Shown here: positions 45,609 to 55,354 of the stretch, one piece after another
How the letters are laid out: each line of letters starts with the position of its first letter
Position numbering within the stretch: position 1 is the stretch's first letter
DNA from: Deltaproteobacteria bacterium
GTDB taxonomy: Bacteria > Desulfobacterota > Syntrophia > Syntrophales > UBA8958
DNA: 64,000 nt
Assembly: GCA_026388335.1 (NCBI GenBank)
Contig: JAPLJZ010000252.1
Location: 4,862 to 68,861, forward strand
Direction of reading: 5' to 3'
Program-made: the position numbers and the translations under genes
The notes under the pieces: model-generated
What the model was told of the DNA's origin: nothing
The model's database searches: none
Seen by the model: the letters and a program-made list of their open reading frames with translations, nothing else

Positions 45609-46949
45609 TTAATTTCTGACTAGGGCGTTGATCAATCGCTCAATGTGCTCCAGGGTGTTACACTCCTTGATCATCGTGCAATAAGGTGTGTACTGGCGGA
45701 TCTCCGAATCCCCCGACCCCCAGAAGGCCGGCACTTCGGGATTGAGCCAGATAAGGCGTTTACACCGTTCGTAGATAACCTTGAGGTTCTCCGGATAGGG
45801 ATCATTATAATTATTCCTGGCATCGCCGAGGACCAGAACCGTCGTCTTGCGCGTCACCGCGGCGAGATAATTCCGGCGAAAATCACCGAAAGAACGCTCG
45901 TAATCCGTCCGCCCCATAATGAGGGGGATATCCGTCCCTCCCTGGATCCGGGTCAGGGCATCATCCACGGAACAGCTTCCGAGGATGTCGCTGACCTCAA
46001 CGAGATTGGTGCAAAAAACAAAGGTCCGGATCCTGGCGACCTCCTGGTTGAGACCGTACAGGAAGAGGAGGAGAAAACGCACCGTCCGCAGGACAGAGCG
46101 GCTGATGTCACAGATGACGACGATCTGGGGGCGTTCGATTTTCTTCTTCCAGCAGGGCGCAAACAGCATCCCCTGATAGGAGATGTTCTCTCTCAGGGTC
46201 CTCTTGAAATCCAGGACTCCTCTTCTTGCCGCTTTGCGGCGGCGGGAGTGAAGATCGTTGAGACGCTTGACCATCCGCTGGATAATATTGTGGATGCGGG
46301 CAAAGTAACGCTGCTCCAGGTTGGACAGTTTCACGAGGCGCAGTTCGCTCTCCAGACGCCTCTCCCCTTCGTTGCGGGCAAAGAGATCGTACTGGCTCTG
46401 CACATAATTCCTGACATTATCAACAAGATAAGACCGCGCGCCCTCGAGACGGGCCGCCTCCGCAGCCGCGGCCGGGGTATCGAGCTGCCGCAGGGCCTGA
46501 ATCTGGCTGTCGAGCCCGCCGGCGCCCATCCGGCCGAGTACCCGCATGGCGAAAAGGCTGCGCTGGGTGAAGTATCTGATTTGTGAGATGTTTTCCAGGC
46601 GCGCCGCCTCGGTCATGGCGGCCATGAGGCCGGCCCGATCCTCCTCCATGAGCATGCGGGCCAAGGACGATTCCGTTTGCAGGAGGCTCGGTATGTCCCC
46701 ATCCTTACCGACCCGTTCGGAAGCGGCGGTAAAGAACCGAAAGGCAAAGAACCGTTCGAAACAGTCTTCAAGGATGACCTTTTCTCCCGCCGTTTTGGCC
46801 AGGGAGACGGCAAGGGCGTCCTTCAGGAGGGCGCGGTCCCGGTAACCGACAACCTTGACAGCCCGGACGGCGTCAAGGGTTTCAGAAATGGAGATACGGA
46901 CGCCGGCGGTTCGGGCGGCGGTGACAAAATCTTCCAGAACCCTTTCCAT
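45609..46949 (-). CDS. VWA domain-containing CoxE-like protein (pair 2)
   Basis: 446 aa. N-terminal region resembles pair 1; C-terminal VWA region (VVICDISRS...VLVLGDARNNYNDP). Confidence 0.8.
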   Translation of the reverse strand: MERVLEDFVTAARTAGVRISISETLDAVRAVKVVGYRDRALLKDALAVSLAKTAGEKVILEDCFERFFAFRFFTAASERVGKDGDIPSLLQTESSLARMLMEEDRAGLMAAMTEAARLENISQIRYFTQRSLFAMRVLGRMGAGGLDSQIQALRQLDTPAAAAEAARLEGARSYLVDNVRNYVQSQYDLFARNEGERRLESELRLVKLSNLEQRYFARIHNIIQRMVKRLNDLHSRRRKAARRGVLDFKRTLRENISYQGMLFAPCWKKKIERPQIVVICDISRSVLRTVRFLLLFLYGLNQEVARIRTFVFCTNLVEVSDILGSCSVDDALTRIQGGTDIPLIMGRTDYERSFGDFRRNYLAAVTRKTTVLVLGDARNNYNDPYPENLKVIYERCKRLIWLNPEVPAFWGSGDSEIRQYTPYCTMIKECNTLEHIERLINALVRN

Positions 46950-47004
46950 TTCAACCTCTAAGAGCCTTCAGCATTCAGAAATTACCGTTTAGTGTATCAA
47001 TGTT

Positions 47005-47955
47005 TTACTTTACCGCCATCGCCGTAAGCTGGTGAACCTTTTCCGCCACAACACCGACATCGTCCTCAAACTTGATAAAAATATTCAGGGTATCCCGGAC
47101 GAGGGCGGGATTCAGGATTTCGGCATGGAGGATCATGAGGACCCGCGCCCAGTCGATGGTTTCGCTGATGGAGGGGACCTTTTTCAGGTCCAGCTTGCGA
47201 ACATCCTGAATGAAATGAACAACCTGATGTGCAAGCTGCACCGAAATATCCGGGACGCGACGACGGATGATCTCCCGCTCCAGGGCCGCCTCGGGAAAAG
47301 GGATATACAGGTGGAGGCAACGGCGCTTGAGGGCCTCGCTGAGTTCCCGGGTATTGTTGCTCGTCAGAAAGACGAGGGGCCGGGTCACGGCTTGCACCGT
47401 TCCGATTTCGGGTACCGAAACCTGGAAGTCCGAAAGGATCTCCAGCAGAAAGGCCTCGAATTCATCGTCCGATTTGTCTATCTCATCGATGAGCAGGACA
47501 CAACCCTCCTTTTCCTGAAGGGCCTTGAGGAGAGGGCGGGGTTCGAGAAAGGGCCAGGAGAAGAAGACGTCGTCGTACTGATGGAGTTTGTCCATGGCCG
47601 TCTTAAAACCATTTTCCCGGCTGATAATGTCGTCCAGCTTGTCTTTGAGGAGTTGGGTATAGAGGAGCTGCTTGCCGTATTTCCACTCATAGAGGGCCTT
47701 GGACTCATCCAGTCCTTCATAGCACTGGAGCCGGATGAGGGGCAATTGCAGGCAGGCGGCCGTTGCCTTGGCCAGCTCCGTCTTCCCCACCCCGGCGGGC
47801 CCTTCCACAAGAATGGGTTTTTCCAGGCGGCAAGCGAGGTAAACGGTCATAGCCATCTGTCGGCTGGCAATATAGGCAACGTCCCGGAGATTTTCCAGGA
47901 CCGCCTCGATGGAAATAAATTGTTCTTCATACCTGGATTTCATCTGATTATGCAC
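47005..47955 (-). CDS. MoxR/CoxD-like AAA+ ATPase (pair 2)
   Basis: Walker A GPAGVGKT and Walker B LLIDEIDK. Clearly homologous to 25463-26314 along its length. Confidence 0.85.
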   Translation of the reverse strand: MHNQMKSRYEEQFISIEAVLENLRDVAYIASRQMAMTVYLACRLEKPILVEGPAGVGKTELAKATAACLQLPLIRLQCYEGLDESKALYEWKYGKQLLYTQLLKDKLDDIISRENGFKTAMDKLHQYDDVFFSWPFLEPRPLLKALQEKEGCVLLIDEIDKSDDEFEAFLLEILSDFQVSVPEIGTVQAVTRPLVFLTSNNTRELSEALKRRCLHLYIPFPEAALEREIIRRRVPDISVQLAHQVVHFIQDVRKLDLKKVPSISETIDWARVLMILHAEILNPALVRDTLNIFIKFEDDVGVVAEKVHQLTAMAVK

Positions 47956-49099
47956 CTCTGAGTATTCTATGTCCTTGTTTTATCTGCTTTAAGGTCATGA
48001 CATTCCTTGCTAAATTGACGGCCCGCACCAGGTCGCTGCTCAGCATCAGGAACTCCTGGTTGCCCGCCAGCAGGGCAACCGCCGGCGACTTTTCCAGGCC
48101 CTCATGAAAATGCCGGGCCAACTCCCGGAAAGACAAAATCAGGGAGAGCAAGCCCTCATGCCCATCGTCGCTGTCCAGAATCCGCGCCGCCTCGCAAGCA
48201 ATAAGCCGGAGGGTATCCCGGAGATACTGGAGCCGTCCGAGATCAGCCTGCAGGCCTTCCGCAACCTCCCCTCCCTGTCGTCGGAGCTCCTGTAATAACA
48301 AAGACATCTGCCTGTTGATACCCCCCAGAACGAGGCCCATGAGCGTGACATCTTCGATTTCTCGGAAGGCGATGGCGATGGCCAGGTAGGCCGTCCCCTC
48401 CGCGCCGACGAGATTTTCCGCCGGGATTTCGCAATTCACCAGCCTGATGCCGCAATGGGGGGAGGGCTTGAAGTTGGCAAGCTTCATTGGCGCCGTCAGG
48501 GCGACGCCCGGTGTTTCCTTCGGAACGATAAAGGCGCTGAATTGCTTTCTATTTCCCGCGCCCTCGGTCCCGGTGACGGCCAGGACAACATAGAGGTCCA
48601 CAAATGGACCATTGGTCAGATAGGCCTTTTCGCCATTGACGACATAGACGTCCCCCCGGCGCTCGGCCCTTGTTTTCAGATACTTGGGATGGGCGCCCAC
48701 ATCCGGCTCGGAGATAGAAATGGAGGCCGTAATCCTTCCCTGGGCCAGGCCCGGAAGATACCGGGACTTTTGTTCTTCCCTTCCCAAATTGGCAAATACC
48801 AGCCGGGCCACGACATTATGGATCATCCAGGAAAGGCCGATCCCGAGACAGCCTCCCTGGGCAGCGACAGCCTCCGCGGCAAGGGTAATCGCCAGATACC
48901 CCATCCCCAGTCCGCCGTATTCCCGGGGAATGGCGATTCCCAGCAGGCCCGCATCTCCCAGTTTCCTCCAGAGGGGCATGGGGAATTCGTCATGGTCGCC
49001 CTGAGCCACCCACGGGGCAATCTCATCCCGGGCAAAACAGGACACTTTTTCTATGAATTCGGAAAATTGATTATTTAGTCGAAAATTATACATCGTCAT
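47948..49099 (-). CDS. Acyl-CoA dehydrogenase family protein
   Basis: ACAD fold segments (ISEPDVGAHP, NGEKAYLTNG). I prefer a start at MTMYNF; the track start at 49201 would overlap marR heavily. Confidence 0.85.
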   Translation of the reverse strand: MTMYNFRLNNQFSEFIEKVSCFARDEIAPWVAQGDHDEFPMPLWRKLGDAGLLGIAIPREYGGLGMGYLAITLAAEAVAAQGGCLGIGLSWMIHNVVARLVFANLGREEQKSRYLPGLAQGRITASISISEPDVGAHPKYLKTRAERRGDVYVVNGEKAYLTNGPFVDLYVVLAVTGTEGAGNRKQFSAFIVPKETPGVALTAPMKLANFKPSPHCGIRLVNCEIPAENLVGAEGTAYLAIAIAFREIEDVTLMGLVLGGINRQMSLLLQELRRQGGEVAEGLQADLGRLQYLRDTLRLIACEAARILDSDDGHEGLLSLILSFRELARHFHEGLEKSPAVALLAGNQEFLMLSSDLVRAVNLARNVMTLKQIKQGHRILRGA

Positions 49100-49538
49100 T
49101 TCTGTTGCCGCTGTTTTTGTTGAATTTTTCGAAAAATGACCTGAGGATGCCCTTGAATATCTCCATTTCCTCCGGAGGAAAACCGATCTTGATTTCTTCA
49201 TTAACCCTTTTGATGATCATCTTGGCCTTGTCCCCTTCGGCGATTCCGTCCGGAGTTACCTGAATGAGCAGAGAACGCCGATCCGTGGGGCTGGCCTGAC
49301 GGGCAACGAAACCCGCCTTTTCCAGGCGGTCCACGAGACCGGTGAGGGTTGAGTTATCCACCCCGATGAGCTGGCTCAGGTCGGACATGGTCCGGACGTT
49401 GCTCTGTTTGAGGAGGAAGAGGATGCCCGCCTGGACAAACGTCACCCGTACGTTCGCCGCAACCAGGGCATTGTTCAGGTAAGTCCGCAACTTGTTCTGC
49501 GCGGTAAAGATGAGGAAGATAAGCCGGTCGTCTTTCAT
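49086..49538 (-). CDS. MarR-family transcriptional regulator
   Basis: Winged-helix region (VRTMSDLSQLIGVDNSTLTGLVDRLEKAGFV.R...DRR). G-rich RBS before the ATG at 49538. Confidence 0.85.
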   Translation of the reverse strand: MKDDRLIFLIFTAQNKLRTYLNNALVAANVRVTFVQAGILFLLKQSNVRTMSDLSQLIGVDNSTLTGLVDRLEKAGFVARQASPTDRRSLLIQVTPDGIAEGDKAKMIIKRVNEEIKIGFPPEEMEIFKGILRSFFEKFNKNSGNRNDDV

Positions 49539-49609
49539 GATGTCTGCTCCCCCTATGATTGGTTGGCAAACATTTGGCATACTAACTTTTGGTTGTCAAT
49601 GAATATTTT

Positions 49610-50713
49610 CTATTCCGCCGTCCTGGCCAGGCGGAAACCGAGATTGCCGGGGTTCAATTTCAAGTGGCCGAGTTTGACTTCGGGTAGGGCCTTGACGCGT
49701 AGCGCCGTCCGGCAGGCCACGGCGTCGCTGTCCCAGGCACCGCCGCGCTGTACCCGGAAGACCCCTGATCTGGGAACATCGGGATTCATGAGCTGGCTGG
49801 AATTATAAGGTCCATACCAATTATCGACCCATTCCCAGACATTGCCGGCCATATCATAAAGTCCCCAGGTGTTGGGGCGAAAACTACCAACCTTAACGGT
49901 TTTACCGGGATTGGCGCCCTTGCATTCGGAACCCCACAAGCTGTTTCCATAATTCGCCCGGGAACAATCAGGCGCTTTCCCCCAAAAATAGGCCGTTGCC
50001 GTTCCCGCCCGGGCGGCGTATTCCCACTCCGCCTCCGTCGGCAGCCGGTAGCGATTCGTCCCCTCCAAGTCATTGAGCTTCCGGATGAATGCCTGGGCAT
50101 CGTGCCAGGAAACTTGCTCTACGGGACAATCTTCGCCGCAATCACTGAAACGGGAGGGATTGGTCCCCATGACCCGCTTCCACTGCCCCTGGGTGACCTC
50201 GGTCGTCTGCAAATAGAAAGCCCGGCTGATGTTCACCCGTTCCTGCATTTCGTCCGTGTTGCGCCCGGGCTCGTCAGCAGGAGAGCCCATCACGACGGAC
50301 CCGGCGGGAAGGAGAACAAAAGTCATGCCGATATTGTTGATAATGCTTGGCATTCCCGTGGAAATTTCCACACTGACCGGTTGATTCACCCCCCCGGGAA
50401 AATCGTTTAACACATACCAGACGACGCGCCTGTTCCTCCCCGGCCGGACCTTGCCCAGATCTCCTTCCAGGCGAAGACTTTTAGCCGGGTAGGTTTTGTC
50501 GCCAACGGTCACATAAACCGACACCATCACGGTGCTTTCCTCTCCCTCCAGGTCATAGGTGAAAAGCAACCGGTTCTCCACCTTCTGGATGACAATATTT
50601 TTCACCTCCGCCGCCTCCAGGGGCAGGACGAGCACAGACAGGATCAGCACCGCCAGCATGAAAGCAACCCAACCAAAATTGCCGTCCCATTTATTTTTTT
50701 GAATATTTTTCAT
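49610..50713 (-). CDS. Exported formylglycine-generating-enzyme (SUMF1/FGE-sulfatase) domain protein
   Basis: N-terminal signal/anchor and a small beta-rich domain, followed by VSWHDAQAF, YRLPTEAEWEYAARAG, GNVWEWV and RGGAW. Confidence 0.85.
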   Translation of the reverse strand: MKNIQKNKWDGNFGWVAFMLAVLILSVLVLPLEAAEVKNIVIQKVENRLLFTYDLEGEESTVMVSVYVTVGDKTYPAKSLRLEGDLGKVRPGRNRRVVWYVLNDFPGGVNQPVSVEISTGMPSIINNIGMTFVLLPAGSVVMGSPADEPGRNTDEMQERVNISRAFYLQTTEVTQGQWKRVMGTNPSRFSDCGEDCPVEQVSWHDAQAFIRKLNDLEGTNRYRLPTEAEWEYAARAGTATAYFWGKAPDCSRANYGNSLWGSECKGANPGKTVKVGSFRPNTWGLYDMAGNVWEWVDNWYGPYNSSQLMNPDVPRSGVFRVQRGGAWDSDAVACRTALRVKALPEVKLGHLKLNPGNLGFRLARTAE

Positions 50714-50731
50714 CTTTCCTCCAAAAAAAAA

Positions 50732-51814
50732 TTAGTATGGTGTCCCCACATTAATGGCCTGTTGATATGCGGCAATCAGACCCTTTATTTCCATATCCGG
50801 AGAGGGCCAGGCGGCAGCGCGTTCCCGACATGTCTGCGCCATGCTGGAACGAAGAGCGCCGTCGTCGCTAAGGCGGATGGCTTTTTCGATGAAATCATCC
50901 ATATTTTGAGGATCGTAGAAGAGGCCGCAGGGCCGGCCACCTTCGTCGCCCTGGATAGGCCAGCGGTTTCCTTCAATATTCGTGGCCAGGAGCGGCTTTC
51001 CCGAGGCGATGGCTTCGAGGAGGACATTGGAAAGACCCTCGGAAAACGAGGTATTCAGGACGATATCCGCCGCCTGGTAAGCCGACCGCATGGCCGGGGG
51101 AGAAATGGCGGGAAGCCAGCAGGCAAATGACTGGAGACGCCGGATCTCTTCCTGGAACCGGGCGCTGTAATCCCGATCCAGGGCCGTTCCGGCAAAGACC
51201 GCCCGGATCTGGGGGCGGCGTTGATGGACTTTTTCGAGGGCAAGCAGCCCTTCCAGGTTGCCCTTGACCGGACGGACCCCGGCGGGCAGGAAGAAGAGAA
51301 AATCATTAGGTCCGGCTTTCGCCTGCTCCCGCAGGGCGCAGGGCTCATCCCCCAGCCAGAAAAAGGATTTGGGAACATAGATGATCCGACGTTCGCAGAC
51401 GGGGAAAAGGTCTTCCATAAGGCGTGCAAACCAGCGATTTTGCACCACAATGGCCCCGACGCGGGCGCAGATTGCCTGCAAGGCGTCGATCTTGCCTTCG
51501 CCCCGGAGATCCTGGTTGAGATCCGTACCGGCGGGAGTCGCCGCCACGGGAATGCCCTGAAGCTGCTCGGTCAGGGGTGGGGCCATCAAAAGCGACCCGG
51601 ACTGGAAAAGATGGTGCACATGAATGATATCGGGCCGGAAACGGGCGACGGCTTGCCCTATTTTCGGAAATTCAACATTCCTCGTCGTCAGGACCTCCAC
51701 ATGGCAACCTTCCCTGATCAGGCCCTGGCGCCAGCGCTCGGCGGTCATGGCATTCCCCGTAATCGTGGGCAGGGCGGTGGGGGTCAAAATGAGAATGCGG
51801 AGTTGCGACATCAT
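50732..51814 (-). CDS. GT4-family (GT-B) glycosyltransferase
   Basis: EX7E motif (SEGLSNVLLEAIASGKP); 360 aa. 4-nt overlap with the upstream gene. Confidence 0.8.
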   Translation of the reverse strand: MMSQLRILILTPTALPTITGNAMTAERWRQGLIREGCHVEVLTTRNVEFPKIGQAVARFRPDIIHVHHLFQSGSLLMAPPLTEQLQGIPVAATPAGTDLNQDLRGEGKIDALQAICARVGAIVVQNRWFARLMEDLFPVCERRIIYVPKSFFWLGDEPCALREQAKAGPNDFLFFLPAGVRPVKGNLEGLLALEKVHQRRPQIRAVFAGTALDRDYSARFQEEIRRLQSFACWLPAISPPAMRSAYQAADIVLNTSFSEGLSNVLLEAIASGKPLLATNIEGNRWPIQGDEGGRPCGLFYDPQNMDDFIEKAIRLSDDGALRSSMAQTCRERAAAWPSPDMEIKGLIAAYQQAINVGTPY

Positions 51815-52770
51815 GACTGAATCTCCGGATAGGGCGTCAGGAAAACACCTTCTTCTTTCAATACTTTAAGAAGTCTTGGATCGAGGAGAACATTTAATTC
51901 ACCTTCCCGGTCCACGTTTGAGAAGGCGGCAAAAGGCCCCTGACCAGATCCGGCGGGGGCCCGCCCCGGATGCACCATCAGTTCCGTAATCCCGACGGAC
52001 AGATCGTTCAGGAGCTCCTCAAGGCGCGGGAAGGACAGTCTGCCCTTGAGGTATAATCCCCGAAAATGGTCCGTTGTCCTGATACCGGAGCCCTTCAGGA
52101 ACGGCCGGGCCGCGGCTGCCAGACGGATGAACTTGTTAGCTTCCCGCTTCAGGAGTGAAGATTCTTCCTCGCCAACATCCATGCCCGAAGGCGAGCGCAA
52201 CGAAGCATGAAAATCCCCCCCAACCCCCCTTTGACAAAGGGGGGTTGGGGGGATTTTCATATAAAGGGAGGGAGGAACGGTTGCCGTCTCTTCAGGAATA
52301 CGGAGCCAGACGATACCATGCCTTTGCGCCGCCCGGACAGCGGCCCCAATCACCGCCGGAAAAACATGAACATGCTGGTGTCCGTCCAGATGGCTGATCC
52401 TGATGGCTTTCGATTCCAAAAGCCCGATTTGGGCTTCGATCTCCAGAGCGACCTCCCGCTCCAATTCATGATTCCCCTTTTGCATCAATAGTTTATGTGT
52501 GGACGATTTGCCTCGGAAACAGCCATGATCATCAGGGAGGACAGAAAGTCCTTTGCAGACAGGGTATCCTTCCGAAAGGTTCACATGGAGGCCCACCGAG
52601 ACGCCCCGGCCCTGCCACGCGGGAAGGCGGGCAAGGGCATCATCAAAAGCCGGTCCGTTGACCAGGACGCTAACGCTGGTCACGACGCCGGTGTCGACCG
52701 CCTCGGCAATCCCCCGATTGCGACAGATGTTAGCGCCAAAATCATCTGCATTAATAATAAGATACTTCAT
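51811..52770 (-). CDS. YdjC/ChbG/HpnK-family carbohydrate deacetylase
   Basis: N-terminal YLIINADDFGA and HLDGHQHVH metal-site motifs. It carries the in-frame palindrome at 52207-52260. Confidence 0.8.
   Translation of the reverse strand: MKYLIINADDFGANICRNRGIAEAVDTGVVTSVSVLVNGPAFDDALARLPAWQGRGVSVGLHVNLSEGYPVCKGLSVLPDDHGCFRGKSSTHKLLMQKGNHELEREVALEIEAQIGLLESKAIRISHLDGHQHVHVFPAVIGAAVRAAQRHGIVWLRIPEETATVPPSLYMKIPPTPLCQRGVGGDFHASLRSPSGMDVGEEESSLLKREANKFIRLAAAARPFLKGSGIRTTDHFRGLYLKGRLSFPRLEELLNDLSVGITELMVHPGRAPAGSGQGPFAAFSNVDREGELNVLLDPRLLKVLKEEGVFLTPYPEIQS
52207..52260. repeat. 54-nt G/C-run palindrome inside the deacetylase CDS
   Basis: ATGAAAAT-C7-AA-C6-TTT GAC AAA-G6-TT-G6-ATTTTCAT. The arms are complementary except for one extra C. 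It is translated in frame as MKIPPTPLCQRGVGGDFH. Confidence 0.9.
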
Positions 52771-53477
52771 TTTGTCCAGGGACGGGCGGCCCGGAGGAAG
52801 AGGTTCCGAAAGACATACCCCCCCTCTTCCTGATCCGCGAAATCAGCCTGCTGTACCGCCCGCAGGGCCAGCAGATGGTCCATGAGCCCTGGCTGCCGGG
52901 ACTCGTATTCATCGGACGTAAATTCGCGAATTGTTTCGTGAATAAGACGCACATCGGCAAAATGCCTTGCCAGTTCCTGGCGCAGCCGCGCCGGATTGGC
53001 AAGGCTGATGGCCAGCAGCCAGAGCCTTCCCCGCACCGGGCTCAGATGGGCAGGGGCGGCGGCAACAATGGAGACAAGGTTGTCCGCGCCATCCCATCCC
53101 CCATAACGGGGACCGCAGGGCGTAGGTCCGGGGGTCTGGGGAGGAGTGGCCACAATTACATCGAAGCGCTCTTCTTCTCCTACCGCATCAAACCAGGAAC
53201 CTGACCGCAATTCGATCCGGCTTTCGAGCCCATTGATGCGGGCATTGTGCCGCGCCGCGGCCAAGGCTGACGGGTCTACATCCGTGGCAATTACCTGCCG
53301 GGCCCCGAGTTTTGCCGCCGCTATGGAGAGCAGGCCGGACCCACAACCGAGATCGAGAACCGACTCGCCGGGCTGAACATCGAGCAGCCTGGCCAACTCA
53401 ATACTCGACGGCGGCGGCATGTGGACCGCTTGGGGAATCAACAGCTCTACCAAACCCGAAGGCAACTGAATCAACAT
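52767..53477 (-). CDS. Class I SAM-dependent methyltransferase (HemK/PrmA-like small-domain type)
   Basis: LDLGCGSGLLS motif I. VIVATPPQTP lies where NPPY sits in HemK-type enzymes. Confidence 0.7.
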   Translation of the reverse strand: MLIQLPSGLVELLIPQAVHMPPPSSIELARLLDVQPGESVLDLGCGSGLLSIAAAKLGARQVIATDVDPSALAAARHNARINGLESRIELRSGSWFDAVGEEERFDVIVATPPQTPGPTPCGPRYGGWDGADNLVSIVAAAPAHLSPVRGRLWLLAISLANPARLRQELARHFADVRLIHETIREFTSDEYESRQPGLMDHLLALRAVQQADFADQEEGGYVFRNLFLRAARPWTK

Positions 53478-54433
53478 CGACGCCTGCTCCTTAATCTTGT
53501 TAAATCAACGCCATAGCGGCGCTGGGCGACCGCAAGTATCCTCTTGACCAGATGGACATAGTCCACCCCCGCCCACCGGGCAGAGAGGGCAAGGGCCTCG
53601 CCGGTCTCAAGACTGGGCGTTGTATTGGCTTCAAGGAAATAGAACCTCCCGTCCGGAGAGAGGCGGACATCAAACCGGGCATAATCCCTCAGTCCCAGGG
53701 TCCGGAAGGCCTTGCGCGACAAGGATTCTATTTCCTGTTGCTGGACAGAGGAGAGAATGATCCGCTGCGCATCCTCCCTTACCGCACCGTTTTCCTGAAG
53801 TTTGAATGCCTCCGTCAGGATTCGATACTCCTCACCGTCAGGAAGCCACTCCAGGATGGGCAAAATCTCCAGCCCTTCCGGACCGTCAAGGACGGAAACG
53901 GCTAATTCCCGCCCGGGGATGAACGTCTCCACGAGGACAGGTTGGCAATAACTCTCAAGCAGGACGCCGACAGCCATCCGCGCCTCTTCCCGGGTCTTCG
54001 CCAGCGTTACGCCCCGGCTCATGTGCTCGCAGGCTGGTTTCAGGATCAGGGGAGGTCGTAGCCAGGGGGGAAGCTCAGCGGTCGCCTCCGTAATGGCAGC
54101 ACCGGGCGGAGTGGGTACGCCGGCAGCATTGAGGCTTCTTTTGGCGGCTATCTTGTCGTCGGCAAGGAAACAGGCCTGGGCGGATGGGCCGACGACGCGG
54201 GCCCCACACTTCTCCAACTCCCACCGGACGAAGGGCCGCAAGACCCCCCAGCCTAAAAACGTATCGGTGTGATCGATGACCAGATCGCAGGTCGCCGCCA
54301 GTTCCTTAGCCAGCAACAGGATATCCTCCGAATCAACAATAAAGATCTCGTGGCCAAGGGCAGCGAGTCCCGCTGCGACCGCCTCGGCACACCCGCAGGG
54401 AGAGCTGGCGGTATGGACAATACCAACGCGCAT
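53471..54433 (-). CDS. ATP-grasp ligase, D-Ala-D-Ala-ligase-like
   Basis: DK..AK, ILKPACEHMSRGV, ETFIPGRELAV and RFDVRL...FLEANTTPS segments are in Ddl order. I prefer the start at MRVGIVH (54433). Confidence 0.8.
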   Translation of the reverse strand: MRVGIVHTASSPCGCAEAVAAGLAALGHEIFIVDSEDILLLAKELAATCDLVIDHTDTFLGWGVLRPFVRWELEKCGARVVGPSAQACFLADDKIAAKRSLNAAGVPTPPGAAITEATAELPPWLRPPLILKPACEHMSRGVTLAKTREEARMAVGVLLESYCQPVLVETFIPGRELAVSVLDGPEGLEILPILEWLPDGEEYRILTEAFKLQENGAVREDAQRIILSSVQQQEIESLSRKAFRTLGLRDYARFDVRLSPDGRFYFLEANTTPSLETGEALALSARWAGVDYVHLVKRILAVAQRRYGVDLTRLRSRRRC

Positions 54434-54452
54434 GGTGGATGAACCATTCAAT

Positions 54453-55250
54453 TTATGTCCCCTTGCCCAGAAAATAATACTCGTGCTTTTCATCCTCCCC
54501 GTCAACATCCCTTTCCCGGTGCAGAAGGAGCAGACCGGCGGCGGTAAGCTGTGCCGCGAAGACGTCCGCAGTAAAGGAGGTCATAGTAATCACGTTGCGG
54601 GCGTAGTCCCCTTCTTTGGGACGATACTTTTCCGCACCGTCGAAATAACGGATCTGAATAAAAAGGAACCCCTCTTTTTTTAGGAGCTTTTTCATAACCT
54701 GAAGAACCCTGAGGGTATAGGCTTGAGAGGGAAAGTGTTTGAAGACGCCGACGGAAACGATGAAATCAACCGTGCCCGGGGCAATTAGCTCCAGAACGGC
54801 CTCCGGATGCTCCGATGGAAAATGGAAAGCGGTGAAATTTCCTGCCTTCGCCTGCCCCTTATCTGCCTCATGTGCCGCCAAATCAGCCATCTGTTTCCGG
54901 CACTCGTACAGCGTCGCCGCCGAGATGTCCACGCCATAAACAGAAGCGAAATGCTCACAAAGCGGCCTTATGATCGCCCCGCCTCCGCAGCCCCATTCCA
55001 GGGCCGTTTTCCCTTTTAAACCCTCCCGCCAGTCCGGTCCCGACGCCTGCCGCAGGCGCTTACCGGCCAGATCAAAGAAAAAATCGCCGTAGGCCAGCCA
55101 TCTTTCCTTCTCCCAGCGTCCCTCTCCATACCAGTGGGACTGGTCTCTGATCCGTTCGTTGATGTCGCTCATAGACCAGTACCGCCCAGCGTCAAGGTCG
55201 AGGTCCGGCTGCCTGTCCGAACGGAACTTTCGGAAAAGTTTCAACATCAT
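54453..55250 (-). CDS. Class I SAM-dependent methyltransferase
   Basis: ALEWGCGGGAI motif I and downstream Rossmann-fold pattern. Confidence 0.75.
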   Translation of the reverse strand: MMLKLFRKFRSDRQPDLDLDAGRYWSMSDINERIRDQSHWYGEGRWEKERWLAYGDFFFDLAGKRLRQASGPDWREGLKGKTALEWGCGGGAIIRPLCEHFASVYGVDISAATLYECRKQMADLAAHEADKGQAKAGNFTAFHFPSEHPEAVLELIAPGTVDFIVSVGVFKHFPSQAYTLRVLQVMKKLLKKEGFLFIQIRYFDGAEKYRPKEGDYARNVITMTSFTADVFAAQLTAAGLLLLHRERDVDGEDEKHEYYFLGKGT

Positions 55251-55325
55251 AACAACAGGTTACCATTAAATTTCATTAACTTAAGCACCTTTTCTCTTCT
55301 CTTTTCATGGGTCTCAACATTCGCC

Positions 55326-55354
55326 TTGACTACGGGCAGGGCTGTCATTAAGAT
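55326..55354 (+). promoter_or_regulatory. Candidate sigma70-type promoter for the GNAT gene
   Basis: TTGACT (55326-31), 17-nt spacer, TAAGAT (55349-54). Confidence 0.3.

Noticed and set aside
49610-50713. FGE-domain protein as an EgtB-like C-S bond-forming enzyme linked to the adjacent methyltransferases (ergothioneine-like pathway)
   Set aside because: It has an N-terminal signal/anchor and a beta-rich domain instead of the DinB domain of EgtB. It therefore looks like the common exported SUMF1-domain type.
52155-52491. Two plus-strand ORFs (80 and 94 aa) with PP..KGG..GDF peptides
   Set aside because: Both are generated by the palindrome at 52207-52260 read on the opposite strand of the YdjC-family gene, so they are artefacts.
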